Origin: Schizochytrium sp. TIO01
Lineage: Eukaryota > Protista > Bigyra: Labyrinthulomycetes
DNA length: 64,000 nt
Reading direction: 5' to 3'
Assembly (NCBI GenBank): GCA_004764695.1
Contig: SMSO01000033.1
Span: forward strand, 1,178,001 to 1,242,000
The position numbers and the translations under genes were made by a program. The notes under the pieces were generated by a model. The model ran no database searches, was not told where the DNA came from, and saw only the letters and a list, made by a program, of their open reading frames with translations. Shown one piece after another: positions 23,901 to 36,473 of this stretch (its first letter is position 1; the number at the start of each line of letters is the position of its first letter).

Positions 23901-26900
23901 CCTACATGTAGCTTGAGGCGTAGCGCTTCTTTATCGACACTATCATCATGACAGTACGTGTGCAAATCTAAAGCTACCTCCGTAGCAACGAGGTAAGTGA
24001 CAGACTTTGACTCCTCACCAGCTCGGCTTACGGATGTGGAAACAGATCCGTCACCCCAAGTAAAGCCTGCGCGAGCTTGACCAATATGAACCCGTGTTGT
24101 AAGACGCAAAGGCAGAGAATCTTCGTCAACAACTACCCATGAGCGTAAGAGTCCTTCCAAGGACATTCGCGAATCACCAGACGAACTTGATGTGTCAGGA
24201 ACCTATGCCATTTTGCATCTTTGAACCTAATATTTGTTTCAAACGTTGGCCCACAGCAATCAGATCGTGCTCATTTCGTACTGCTGCTTTTGAGGCTGCA
24301 TCGTCCATGTCACCTTGACGGTTATTCTCTTTAGACTCGCCATTCAAATATAACAGCTGAACTTGATTGATGAGAAACAGGATTTGCCACCGTGAAAAGA
24401 GGATGTGGGCATTACCAAGATGAAGTGAAAGATCAGCAAAGATACCTGGCTCGTGGTCAAAATTGAGAAGATACTGTGGGGTTTCCAGCGAGCCCGGATC
24501 CTCATGACCTTTGAATGAAGCATCAATAATTTCTTTCGGTGTGTTCGACCATTCTGTGACCTCGCTAAATTTGTGCCAAATAGCTACCCGATCAATGATC
24601 AGGAGTGCATGCGTGCCTTCGTCTATACGAAATAGTGTGATGTCACGGACTTCCGTATTCTTCTTGTCAGATGTAGACGAAGAGTTCGGAGTTTTAGACG
24701 TGTTTTGGTTGTTATGCTGAGATGAGGATTCGCCATTTTGTTTAACATCCCCGGCTTGATCTTCGTTTTCTGCTGCCCCGCTTGCAGACCGTTTGGCAGG
24801 GTGCACTGTCTGGACAGTGGCAATACTACGCAGGGATACTTTTCCTAGGTACAAACCCAGCCATAAGGTCGGCCGCCCATGTCCATGCCAAGCCTGGACA
24901 CGATCAGGAATATTTCGAGGATCATCTGCGAGCCAGGGAAGGTATTCAAGGAATTGTTCAAAGCAGAGATGCACGGCTCCGACCTCATTACTCAGCTCTA
25001 ACCATACGTCGAGCGCTTCTCCAATTCGTAGTTTATTAACGCGTAGTTTATGCTCCACGGTGCCCAGGAGCTCATCTTTCTGAAGATCGCGAACAGCCCA
25101 AAGCTCAACTTGTACAACAATGTAACGTTCCAAAGCCAAGTCTGGAATTTGAAAATGCATTGCATGGTTCCATATAGGGTTTGTGGATGATGGGAATGTT
25201 CGTGACCTTTGGGAAGCCTCTAGGTAACGAACAACTGCATATGTTGAGTATGACTTGCGCAAAGCCCGTGCTTCTTTGACAGAGATGATGATACCTTTGG
25301 GGAAAGGCGGGTTTTTTATGTTTCCATGAACTTGTTTACTCTTTGGGTGGCGGCTCAGCATATCTTGTACAGAGTGGTCACAAAGACTTGCTGCGATTCG
25401 GCCAAAAGAAAGAACGCAGGCATTGTCACTAAATTTTGAGAGCGAAACGTTCACATCCAGGCTTTCTACGCATATACTGAAGTCAAACTGTGGTGCAAAG
25501 CTCGCTTCTTTCAGGGCTGCAGCAAATCCTAGAGTGTCGTGCTCAGCTTCTTGAGCCTCGTTCAGTTGAGTGGCATTAAACATCCGAGCCTGAGAAGTTT
25601 TAGACGAATCCACCTCCTCTTGTTGCTGTTGTTGTTGTTGCTGCTGCTGCTGTTGTTGCTGCTGGCGTAGTAATTGCGCAGTGGGAGTGAGCGGGGGTGC
25701 AGCGACACCGCCAGCAGATGATTCCATAGAAGATAATCGAAGCTTTTGCATAGCTCGCGGGGCAAGACTATGCCTTTTGTGGCGCGCCTGGGCTTGTGCA
25801 GATGACGTAGAGCGCGGAGATTTGGGTGGCGACGTTGCAGCACGGCTGCGTGGAGACACAGCTTGACCCGATGTATTAGAGATTAAGCTGCCCCTGCGAT
25901 TTCGAGGAGACTTTGGCTCATCTTTAAGGGGTACAGTTGAGGTTCCCTCGCGAATAGGCTCTTCGCAATGTTCTTGCTTTAAAATTTCTGGCCAGATTTC
26001 CATGAGGTCATCCAAATGAACTTCTGCTTCAGCAGCGCGCAGCTGCTTCGTCAGCTTCTTTCTGTGGGATTTTGATGGCCGTCCACGAAGAGATAATCTA
26101 ACTATTGAGCGATAGATTTCAATATAGCGTTTGCAGCGGGTGTGGTGCTCTTCTGAACTCATGGTAGATCTCGCGTTTAGGGCGTCTATCGTGCAAACTT
26201 TCTCTTCAATAGAGTCTTTCCAGGCGTCCAGGTCGTTAACCATGTTTGCCATGGTGCGAATAAATATACTGTGAACGTGTACGTTAATAGGTGACACAAA
26301 GATACGTAGGAATATGTCAGGTTTGTAGGGTGCAGGAGGAGAGGGCCAGCAATTTCGCACTCGCAAACGTATTGTTACTGAAATTGGCTTTAAGAGCCAG
26401 GTATGTGGACTATATGAAACAAGCTTTGTAGGGGCTCGGACTGATTTACCGTGTCGGACCTCAAGAAAGGGTACAAGATGAGCCCGTGGAGCTTCGCTCT
26501 CAACGTAGCAACCAAGCCGATGAACCTGAATTATTTTAAACAAGTCATTCAGCGAAGGACACCGCCCCGGCATCCAATTATCCATGCAAGAAGTCACATC
26601 AAGTGCTTGTAAGCAGATTCCAATAGCCTCGCATCGTTTCTCATCCTCATCTTTACCTTGTTCAATTCTAATATGAACATTGCCAACATGGACTTTGATA
26701 TGGCCAAGAAGATTTTTCACGAACCCAGGCAAATTTGGCATACCCCATGTCCCAAGGCCACGTGACTGTTGCTCATCTGTGGAGGCCTTAGACGTACTAG
26801 CTGCATCTCCTCCCTGTGCTGTAGAATTTGCAGTGGTAGAGAAGCGAGAAGACGGAACAGAATTACCTCCAAATCTTGAGCTCTGATCGTCCTGTGGTTC

Positions 26901-27293
26901 TGTGTCAGAAAACTCTTCAGTGGTAAATTGTTTAAAGAAGTGGGCCTCAACTTTCTTTCGGAGCTCGGATTTACGCTTGCGAAGGCGCGAGATGAGGTCC
27001 TCGCGTGAAACATCTGTGTCTTCCTTCAACTCTAAAACCACCGACACATCCTCAATATAGATTTCCGTCGTTCGTGAGGAAAGTTGAAAGATGGGCAGAG
27101 CGATTGATACTTTACCAATAATACCTTGCACCACCTTTACTGGGAACGAGCTAGGAATTGCTGATTTTTTCAACTGCACATTCTCCAGATTGATTGTGTT
27201 GCTGGATGAAAACAAGTTTAGGACAAGCCCAAAGTCTGTCTCTAAATACTGGTCCAATGCCTGAATTACAGCCTTTCGGATAAAGAACTCCAT
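14948..27293 (-). CDS. VPS13: VPS13-family bridge-like lipid transfer protein with C2 domains (two ORFs, 27293-24195 and 24166-14948, forming one gene of ~4,090-4,110 aa)
   Basis: N-terminal chorein-like start (MEFFIRKAVIQALDQYLE...INLENVQLKK...PVKVVQGIIGKVSIALP...IYIEDV; IKVHVGNVHIRIE). Internal WEPVIEPW motif. VAB/SHR-BD-like segments (YVVQNRS...FGWTEP). C-terminal motifs GFGVSLIN, LQVDNNQ, ELHIYPIKITLSF, LEILGNP. C2-like segments near 25290-24960, 19680-19350 and 17430-16920. The two ORFs are 28 nt apart and offset by +1. Confidence 0.9.
15385..15505 (-). repeat. 27-bp coding tandem repeat (~4.5 copies; LHR[DN]ATNQT) in the VPS13 C-terminal tail
   Basis: Plus-strand units: cgatgtaaagtctgatttgtagcattg / cgatgcagagtctgattcgtggcattg / cgatgcagagtttgttctgtttcgttc / cgatgcagagtctgattcgttgcatct. 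Confidence 0.9.
24203..24281 (-). other. Candidate 79-nt phase-0 intron (GTACGA...GGCATAG) that would join the two VPS13 ORFs; a 1-nt insertion is the alternative
   Basis: On the minus strand, GCA GCA|GTACGA...CATAG|GTT CCT GAC restores the frame (KAA|VPDTSSSSGDSRMSLEG). There is no pyrimidine tract or clear CTAAC branch site, and the segment is itself open and reads like protein, so this is uncertain. Confidence 0.35.
25621..25665 (-). repeat. CAG/CAA polyglutamine tract inside VPS13
   Basis: (tgt/tgc)n on the plus strand; translates as a Q run in RQQQ...QEEVD. Confidence 0.9.
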
Positions 27294-28954
27294 CTCGACA
27301 AATTAAATGCAGCAATACCGGGGGTCTACTTGCATGCAAGGCCGTCAAAGCGGCAAAGATCCTTATCGTCGCCAGCACAGAATGCGTCAAATCCCTGAAA
27401 TGAAACGTAAACGGATTCCTCAATTAACGAGGCAATGAGGTTAGGTCGAATTTAAGATCAAAATGCCCAAATCCAGGTCCAGCCCAGTACTAGAGCTAGC
27501 GCTTTACAGACGCCAGATTTTAAGACCTTTTGGACGAGCCAATGCAGAAGTCAAGCAAGGTACAGAAAAGGAGCACGTTTCTTGCCTCGGATCCGCTTGA
27601 TGTTCCTAGCAGTCCTGGTTGATATGGGAGGACGAGCTCACTACTCGCAAGACCGCGTCTGACGAGCTATACCAGCTGCGCAGAAGCGGTCTTCGCTCCA
27701 CCCTCCGCGGCAGACGCCCTCAAGTCGCCGCGGGCTACAATGGATGGGCTTCTGCCGCAAATGAGAAATGAGCAAAGCAACCCAAACAATAGAAACTTTT
27801 AGTATTAATTATCGTTCAATTTTAGTTTTTTAATTTTTTTTAAAATGTATATGTAAAAAGTTAGAATATATCTATATATAAAAAGAGAAGACAAGTAGCC
27901 GTGATGACGACTCGAAGCACAAAAGCTCAGATCAACAGCAATTAAACCTTGTGTAGTAGCATCTAAACAATGTGTAAAAGCAGCAACGTATAGATAGATC
28001 TGGAAAAGAAGACAGCTTGTTTTCTTGCTCTTCACTTGTCACAGCCCTTATGTCTCAACAATTAACGTGCCTCTTTATATGGAGATTCTCGACGCTATTG
28101 AGATACCTGAGGTGGCTTACGAGTTCGATCGTCCAGGCCGTCTTCATATACGGCGAGAACAACAAGAGGTTTTGAAACAAAAACTAGATAAGTCAAACCA
28201 CAAGTTGCGTTATCATTCTCACGATAGGTGAGACACTCACCTATCATCGTCATTCATGAGGGATACTTGTCGTCTGTCATCTTCCAGGTTCTCTTACTTG
28301 ATGATAGAACCATCCATCATCCCCTTTGAACCTTACCACCAAGTGCTTCTCCATTCCATTTTCCCTTCTTATGCTGCTGAAATAGTATCTGCCTTCACGT
28401 CACGCCGCTTCGACGGATTGATTGATCATCTCCATAATCTCCACATCCACTACGCCATTAAGCCATTGAGCCAAAGTCGCTCTTCTTCTTCACGGCTTTT
28501 GGCTCATCAATCAACCTCACACAGTCTTAAGTGAAGGTCTCTGCTGGTGTTTTAGCAGTAGGTAGCAGTACCTACCTACCCGCCTAGTCCTGCAATGAAG
28601 AAGAATATTTTAAGCCTCAGGGCTATAGACATAGTATAGGCCTACTTATGGGCTTCCAAGCTCATACCGCAAGGCAAGCTGAGGCGCCGAGAACAGCCCA
28701 AAGAAGCCAAGACCGCAACAATTGCCTCAAAAGGCTGTTGATGCTGCTACGGATGCTACTCTACCTGCTGCCTAAACCAGAGCCAGCAGACCATTGCCAC
28801 TTCGTCGCTATCATCGCTACCGCCACTGGTTTTCCATTATCGATTCATCGTCGTGGGAGCGAAAACAGCAGTGAGACCACAGTGAGAGACCTCGAGCTGG
28901 AGTACTGCCTTGTTTCATGTTTTTCAATGGGTATTTAACTTATGATGGATGTTG

Positions 28955-29015
28955 AAATGAATGTATGAATGAATGCATGAATGCATGCATGCATGAATGA
29001 ATAAATAAATGAATG
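28955..29015. repeat. Degenerate (ATGA/ATGC)n tetranucleotide microsatellite
   Basis: atgaatgtatgaatgaatgcatgaatgcatgcatgcatgaatgaataaataaatgaatg. Confidence 0.8.
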
Positions 29016-32000
29016 GGCGTAGGCTTGAGCTTGCCTGGGTACATTACATGATGAGTTATTTTCACTGAGCGTACCATTCCTCGAGCGGAGAAGCTCAGAC
29101 ACTGTGGCCGCACAAGGTGGGGTCGTAGCATCCATCGCTGATGGAGGCGAATAAATTTGCTAAAACAAGCGAATACTTTTTGGGTACATAATAGCTTGTT
29201 GTAAGTAGAGTACCTGCGGTTCCTGAGATTTTATAATGTTTGAGGGAACATATTAAAACGATATACTGCACGTGAGGACAGGTGGATCAATGTTGAAGGT
29301 GAATTTGAGCATTCAGGGCAGTACCACGTAAGAAGCCTTGAGACGAAATCAAGTGCAAGGCTTTGGGGATTTACTGGTTTTAATGTATAGAGTGCAAGCT
29401 GGTAGGGCATTAATTCACTGTGAGATGATGAACTTTGTGGCACGATATGAAATGAAACCTGGGGAGCTGTTTTTTTTTTGTTTTGTTTTTTTGAATGAAT
29501 GCAAAGTCTTATCACTCTCATCGTTTGTATCATATGTGCTAGAGGTGACTTCGAAGGAAGCCACAAATTTGTACTATATTCTAGAAATTATTAGAGGCGC
29601 AATGGGTGATCAAGCTTGGGTTTTACCCAAATTAAAGACTTTAACTCATTGCCTGTGACTAGTGAGAGTGATGGAGACGCTTCTCCCTAGTTCTGGCACA
29701 TTTCTCAATGGTACCCTTGCATCCCAGTAAGTTGAACCACCGTGAAAATCTTGCTAGCTCCGAATGACCATTGCCAGAGGATTTAGTTATATCTTCATCT
29801 GTGCTTTTTCCTGCTTTTTATTTTCTTTCTTTTTCGTGTCCTGTAAACTTTACACCTGAGCAATTATGCTGGAGTTAGCTTTACCATGTGTCGTCGAATC
29901 TTTTGGGGAGAAAGACAAATATTCTACGAGAATAACGGTGTAACATCCTGCTATCAAGATCTCCAATTCTGACACTCAACGGCCTTTTATGTCCCTGATC
30001 TATAACTTCTCGGTAAGACTTTTTTGAAATTATTGTTTGCTGAAGTAAAATTCAAGAAAAAATGAAATACCTCAGTGCTGCAGATAGTGCATAAGGTGAT
30101 TCCTCGTGGATAGGTTTAGCAATCAAAACCTTGATTGGTCACACAGCAAAAAATGGGAGTAGTGCGTTTTTGTTGTCAAAACTACCTCTCCACTCTCAAG
30201 GTTGCTCATTTTCTTTTTCTTTTATGTTTTATGTGTTATGTTGATTTATTTTTTACCCTGCATACTACATTTTTAAAACTTTAATTTTTTAATAATTTTT
30301 TTAATATTTATTATAGTAACTTCCTATTTTAGTTTTTAAATTTAAAAAAAATATATATATACATAAAATGTAAAATCAGAAAACGAAGAGACACTTAGGA
30401 TTTCTACTATAATAGCTTTTTAGCCACACCTAAGTAAATATATATAGATACGTATGTAGGTTCTAGCTACTAGCTGATAACATGCTTTCAACGAAGTTTT
30501 GATCTGATTATTGCCTATTTGGAGACCTCGGTTCTTCTTGGGGTTCTTCGTACGTACGCCCTCGAAGCTGGTTCCTCATATCTTCAAAGACTTAATCCAA
30601 CTTTCAAAGGCCCCTGATGGTGGCAATGCTCCGAAAATAAATGAAAACAATCATTGGCCTATTCGTCGTCCACGCTACGAAAAATCGGTAGGTGCCTACA
30701 TAGGTAACCTGTACTTGAATAATACATGAAAGCAAGATAGTTAGTTGACGCTAGCGATATCCTGTGATGGCTTTTCAACAAGCATCAGCTCTGGGCTTAA
30801 GGTTCCTGCTTATAGCTCAGCTAGTTGGATCCTGCCAATTGTTCATGACACCTAAGCTGCTGCAATTTACACACACCTGCATTACGCTTGCTCCGTCGGT
30901 CGATGACTTGGTCCAACACTGTAAGCTTTTACCCGTGCCGCTTACTATGAATTCCGAGTCAGGGTCACTTCAGGGTCCAATGGCAGCGACTTGACAACAA
31001 CAAGAAGAAGAAGGAGTAGGCTAGCTTGCAGAGGTTGTATGTTGGTTGGAAACAACTTGAAGGAGAGAAGAGACTCGAACACCATATATGCCAATCATCA
31101 GGCGAGACTGGAATACGCACCGTGGTGCGAAAGGGGTTTTGAGGTCTTTTGAGAAACAGCAGCATCAAGTGCAACGGTGTCTCAAAATTTCTCAAAAATT
31201 TCGAGGGCCCGTGCCAAGCTCGCTTCGTTTTGGAGACCCCAGGCCTGCCCTGAGCATTGAATCATGCACAGTCAAGTCCATCTGGTCTTGCGAGCACGGG
31301 GATCATCGCGATGACCTGCCTTCGACTCGCTCTTAGGGCTTCTCTGGAGCAAGGAGGTGGAAGATTTGCGGTCTTGCAATTGACTAGTTTACGTGAATGT
31401 TGTTGAAGTTGAGAAAATCAATAAAAATTCATCCGTAGTGCACGACCATCTATGTATCTAATCTTAGATATCTCTCTTCTACCTGTCTATCTATCAATCA
31501 CGACCTAGCTGGAGATACAACAACATCCAAGATGGCGCTTGAAAACCCCCGTTCGTGGGCAATTTGATCATTGTATCCTCCTACTAGCCAAAGTCTGACA
31601 CACAGAGGACCCGAAGTACAGTGTAGGTCTGCTGGTTTGGAAACGCTAAAAGGAAAAAAACAAACAAAAAACAAACAAACAATCAATCAAACAAACAAAA
31701 AATCAATCATAATAACTTAATCGATGAAACACGGCAGGCGATCGATCAGATCAGCACTGGTTCACTGAGTTGGCAAATTCGCCTGCTGCCTTGCGAAGCA
31801 AGACGGCCTCTCTTTGGGTGTAGGTCGAGACCTCGCAGTGTCGTGTGGTGTTGTCAAACTTAGACGCTTTGTCGTGTTCGCGCATCCTGCTAAGGACGAC
31901 ACTGTTGGAGAGAGGAGCCGACTCTGGTTTGTTCATCACATCAGATTGCTGAGCTGCAGTGCTCTCAGGAGCCAACCTCAAGTTGGGTCAGCCTTAGCCA

Positions 32001-32254
32001 CATCTACCTCTCTGAACGCGCATTTAGCCGCTAAGGGCTACTTGTGAACTGCGAAGACCCTTCTGGGTTAAGAAGGCTTTTCCCTTGGTGGCTTCAGTCC
32101 CTTCAAGCTTCACTTTCACCGCTGCTCACAAAGAATAATTTGCAAGTTTCGCTTGAAACCTTCACGACTAGACTTCACTTCAATTTTGGATTGAGTTATT
32201 CCTACTGAAGTAGTCTTGTTCCTCGAATCCAAGAAATCAACAGCGTAGGATGCG

Positions 32255-33463
32255 ATGTTAACAAAGTCGGGTAGCAATTCAGACATCGCAACAGGCGGAA
32301 GCCGTATTCGAACGAACAGCAGCAAGTTGCAGGTCGTTACAGAGCTTATAGATTCGGACACGATGGATGAGTCCTTTGGCACATCGTCCGCGATCTCGCC
32401 AGAGTCTTTAGGCCAAACATCATCGCGGAAATCCTCCAAGTCGAGCCGCAGCAATAGCAAATCCCACAAAAAACGCAGCGACAGCAAGTCTACCAAGCCT
32501 CGCTCTTCCAAAGGGCACCATGGGAAGCGAAAGCATGAGCCAGCATCTTTGCGTTTGGCTGTGATTGTGATCCTCACCACCATCAAACTGCTCTTTCAAT
32601 TGGTCTTCTCCGTAGTCAGAGGAAGCGCCGCTCGCAGCTCAGCAATGTTAGATTTGCAGCGATGGATCTTGAGTGGCCTTAGCCTGGTACGCTCAGACCC
32701 GAAGCACGTGGTGATCATGACACTCTATTTTGCATTTATTGGTGGTGGTTGCGTCTTTGGACTCTGGATCATGGGTTATGACGTTAATGTGACCACTCTC
32801 GCGCAAGGATCTTCTCTGCGGGGAGCGGAGACTTCTCTAGGAGCAGCAGATCTCGCGCAAGCATCAGCAGGTGGAGGTGATGTAGACTCTGAGGAGGCTG
32901 ACGCCGAGGAAGTCCCAGATCAAGGCTCAACGGAAAAGAAAAAGATTTCTAGGAAGGAGGAGCTTGCTTTTGCTTGCAAGGAGGTTGACTGCGTTGAAAA
33001 GTGCGTAACGAAATCAACAAAGAAGTGTTTGCAAAGTGAATCGTGCATCAAGACCCGTGTGAGCTCGTGCAAGAAGAAATGCCGCAAGGCACGCTGTGAA
33101 AATCGTTGTAAAATCGAGCCTGGCATGGGTTATGTTGAGCGCGAAATGAAAACCGATAAGTGTAAGGAGGATTGTCAGATGAACAACAAGTGCATCGAAA
33201 AGTGCGATCGTGAGGGCAAGACGTGCAAATCTCGCTGTGCTGAACGAAAGAAGAAGTTTGTTTGTGATCGTCAACCTCAAATCCCATGGCCTTCAGCACA
33301 AGCTGCTGCTGCAGCAGCATCAGTTAGCGACGATGATGAAGGAGACGACGGTACTGATGATGGTTCTGTCGTGGACGCCTCTGATGGCGAGGATCCCGTT
33401 GATGAAGGATCCGAGTCTAGTGGTGCAGGGTTTGCAGGGGATGATGATGATGATGAAATCTGA
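32255..33463 (+). CDS. Membrane protein with a 16-Cys CX3C-repeat domain and an acidic tail; function unknown
   Basis: 402-aa ORF. S/K-rich N-terminus; hydrophobic segments LRLAVIVILTTIKLLFQLVFSVV and VVIMTLYFAFIGGGCVFGLWIMGY; Cys-rich block at 32975-33265; D/E-rich C-terminus. Confidence 0.8.
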   Translation: MLTKSGSNSDIATGGSRIRTNSSKLQVVTELIDSDTMDESFGTSSAISPESLGQTSSRKSSKSSRSNSKSHKKRSDSKSTKPRSSKGHHGKRKHEPASLRLAVIVILTTIKLLFQLVFSVVRGSAARSSAMLDLQRWILSGLSLVRSDPKHVVIMTLYFAFIGGGCVFGLWIMGYDVNVTTLAQGSSLRGAETSLGAADLAQASAGGGDVDSEEADAEEVPDQGSTEKKKISRKEELAFACKEVDCVEKCVTKSTKKCLQSESCIKTRVSSCKKKCRKARCENRCKIEPGMGYVEREMKTDKCKEDCQMNNKCIEKCDREGKTCKSRCAERKKKFVCDRQPQIPWPSAQAAAAAASVSDDDEGDDGTDDGSVVDASDGEDPVDEGSESSGAGFAGDDDDDEI

Positions 33464-34961
33464 TGACCTATTTTCATCACAGCACTCCCAATAAACACAA
33501 TTGAACTCTTCAACTTCTCACTCATTTTCTACAATGCATGCCTGTACCAATAAGTGATTGATTGTTCGGAACGTTATGCCTACTCCTGCTAGAGTCATGG
33601 CCCAATACTATTAGTCTATTTACAATGACTTTACTGTTTCATCCTCATAACAACGGAACGGCAAAGTGAATTGTCCAGTTGATCTTAATGCATTATGAAA
33701 GCTCTCAATATAGCATGCGATGACACAGTTTGTCTCTCTTGGTTGTTTGGATACTTTTTATACTTGTGGATTACATGTAAGATACATGGGTAGACAAAGA
33801 TGGGTCCAAGTGTCACAAAGTCAAGAGGCACACACGAGCTGTTCTTACTTGCAAACTAGTTTTCACATATTTGTTTTCTTTAAAACAAAAGTCAACCTTA
33901 CTGTATCGAACGTGCAGCTAAATTCTGCTTGCAGCATCGGTCCAGGCTGTTTGCATGGTTCAGTTCAATTAGCAAGGTTAAACATATATATTTTCAAGCC
34001 AAGAATATCGATTATGTTAACGCAAACCTCGGCTTGGCGGAATAATTGGAAAAAGGGTTGAGCGTTAGGCTATTTTTAGGAAAGACAGAGTGATCTTCAC
34101 AGTATCACCTCGTGCGCATAACTCCTTGAACACTAAGTTTTAAAAAGGGGGGGTGGGGGGGGGTTTGGCACTCTACGGACTCTTCTTTAAACAGTAAACT
34201 CGGAAGGGTGATTTCATTTATTCTTGTCCACCATAAAAACTCATAAGAAAAAGAAATCAAGGCCGTTGTCTTGATGAAGTTTAACTTGAGCGAAAAAAAA
34301 AACAACCGATCAACTTTAATTTTCAACCGATTCCTCTTTAAATCATCACAACAGGGGAGTCTACGTTGCTTAAATGTAAGTTTCATATCCCATGTATTTC
34401 TTGAAGGCCCTTAGCTTGAGCAATTGATATTCAAATATAAGATCCGTATTTCACTAACCGCAAATTGTAAAGAGGGAACAACCGAAAACTCTCAAAAGTA
34501 CAATCATTCGGACTCTCATATCTTCATTCTTTTTGCAAAATGATTAATTGCCAACAACACCTGGCAATCTGCAACGTAAAGTAAGAAATGATTTATGTTG
34601 TAGTTGCGTGCCTACCTGTTACAACGACAATTTAGAGATGCTATATCTTGTTGCATAAAACTAAAAAGTAGTGGCGAGATATAGAGTTATCTGTTACAGA
34701 TATAACTCCACTAATCTAGATTTCTAAAATATTGCTGGAATTTAAGATTGAAATACTTAGACCCAGAATGGATAGAACGTGAAACTTGTTCGAAAAAGCT
34801 GTATAGCAGAAAAAGAAACATCTCTTTCAAAAGACACACTCCCAGACGACGCCTGGGATTCTTTAATTCTAATCCTCCTGAACTAATGAAGAGTAGGCAA
34901 AACTAATCCCAAAAGGTGGTTAAGAAAGTAATCCTTTTCTCATCTAACTATTGTATACATT

Positions 34962-35537
34962 CTATTGCTGGTCTTTAGTAGCAGCAACTTCTTGAAGTGC
35001 TTCATACCTGCCTGTTTGGTATCCGGCATAGTACCAACTCATCAACAACGCCGCAAGTTCCGGATCGTGGCTTGGCGGTGCGAGGCCAGGCGCGGATGGA
35101 GGTATGGTAGGTTTCTGATGCGTTTGTGTTGCCTTGGGGTTTTGGCGAGTATTGTTTGATGAGGATGTGGCCTGGTTCTGAGACGATAAGGACTTTTGTG
35201 GACTAAATTTCCGCTCCTGACGATAGTTTTCAGAAGCAAGAGCCGTCTGATTGAATGCGACCGAATGGTTATCATTGGCTCCAGCTGTGTTATTATGAAT
35301 CCCGTGAACATCCTCGACGTCCTCGCCTTCTTTGGCATCTGCAGGAACCCAAGGTCCCGGCTCGGGTGCTGCTAAGTGAGCTGCCTGCTTTGAAAACTGA
35401 GAAGCATTGGTAGCGGTAGCTTGGGCGTTTACATTGGCGTTACTCTTCTCTTGCGTTTGGGCATCATGTAAGTCAACTGCACACTGGAAAGCCTTCACAA
35501 TGGCCGAATCGTCCCATTTATCTTTTTCATTGAACAT
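34962..35537 (-). CDS. SMN1: Survival motor neuron (SMN/Gemin1) homolog without a Tudor domain
   Basis: N-terminal Gemin2-binding motif WDDSAIVKAF; Pro-rich segment; C-terminal YG box LAALLMSWYYAGYQTGRYEA. Confidence 0.88.
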   Translation of the reverse strand: MFNEKDKWDDSAIVKAFQCAVDLHDAQTQEKSNANVNAQATATNASQFSKQAAHLAAPEPGPWVPADAKEGEDVEDVHGIHNNTAGANDNHSVAFNQTALASENYRQERKFSPQKSLSSQNQATSSSNNTRQNPKATQTHQKPTIPPSAPGLAPPSHDPELAALLMSWYYAGYQTGRYEALQEVAATKDQQ

Positions 35538-36473
35538 TTTCTTCTATGGCACTCGTCGAGTTGTGCGATCGAGAGCCAAACCTGAGATTGGGTTTTGTGA
35601 AAACCAAAGATTTATAATAACAAATAACTTGAACAATAACAATCGTGAATAGGTATCAGTAGTATTATCCTATGCAAGACATGTGAGTCCTAAATCACTT
35701 TTATGGTAGATACCCTAGTAGTAGTAGTACTAGTTTTGAGAAGGCTTGTTCTACCATTGAGGTAAAAAATCTGCTTGTAAAGCAAGTTTGGTCCTTTGTT
35801 CGTATGAAAACATGCCTTGAAATGACAAAAAACTCCTTCTCTTTTATGATAAGTGAGACGAACAGTCAGAATGTCTCTCATGAAGTGGCGAAACTGACCA
35901 ATCAAAAGGACGACCTAGGCAAAGCTCCAGAGGATGGAACAGCATCCAGATTTATATTGAAGACGATTGTTCTGTAAACCAATTAGGGACTTTTTACTTT
36001 TATGGCACATTCTTGAATACATTTGTTGTGAATTTCATAAAATGTGTTTGGGCCTATACCAGTGCTTCACGGCAGCACATTGATGGAAATTCCCCAAGGC
36101 ATATATCAAGTTGGTATTGCAAAAACCGGCATTTTATCTTGCGAAGAATGCCATTTGAAATTATTCGGATTAGACATGGTGATGCTGGAAATTGCGGAAT
36201 CTCACGATATGCTCAAAATTATATGCATGTATTTACGTTGATAGTGGGGTGTGTAAATTAGTTTGCGTGCAATGTTCATTACACTCCATTATAATGGTGT
36301 TGTTGGTCTAATTGTAAGAGGAAGATAGAGAGTCCCAAGCGGACAACAAGCTAAACAAATAAAAGCGTGAAAGGTGTGGTTGTTGGTCATACGCTATTTG
36401 TGTTTCAATTCCATATTTGCAGTAACAAAAGCCGTACAGCTATAGTCATGTGTATTCCTCAAGTTAAATGAGT

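Noticed and set aside
24195-24197. TGA readthrough or selenocysteine joining the VPS13 ORFs
   Set aside because: The ORFs are in different frames and another in-frame TGA follows seven codons later, so readthrough cannot join them.
34147-34163. G7-T-G9 run (and the G run near 9193-9205) as G-quadruplex elements
   Set aside because: Simple homopolymer runs of uncertain assembled length, with no supporting context.
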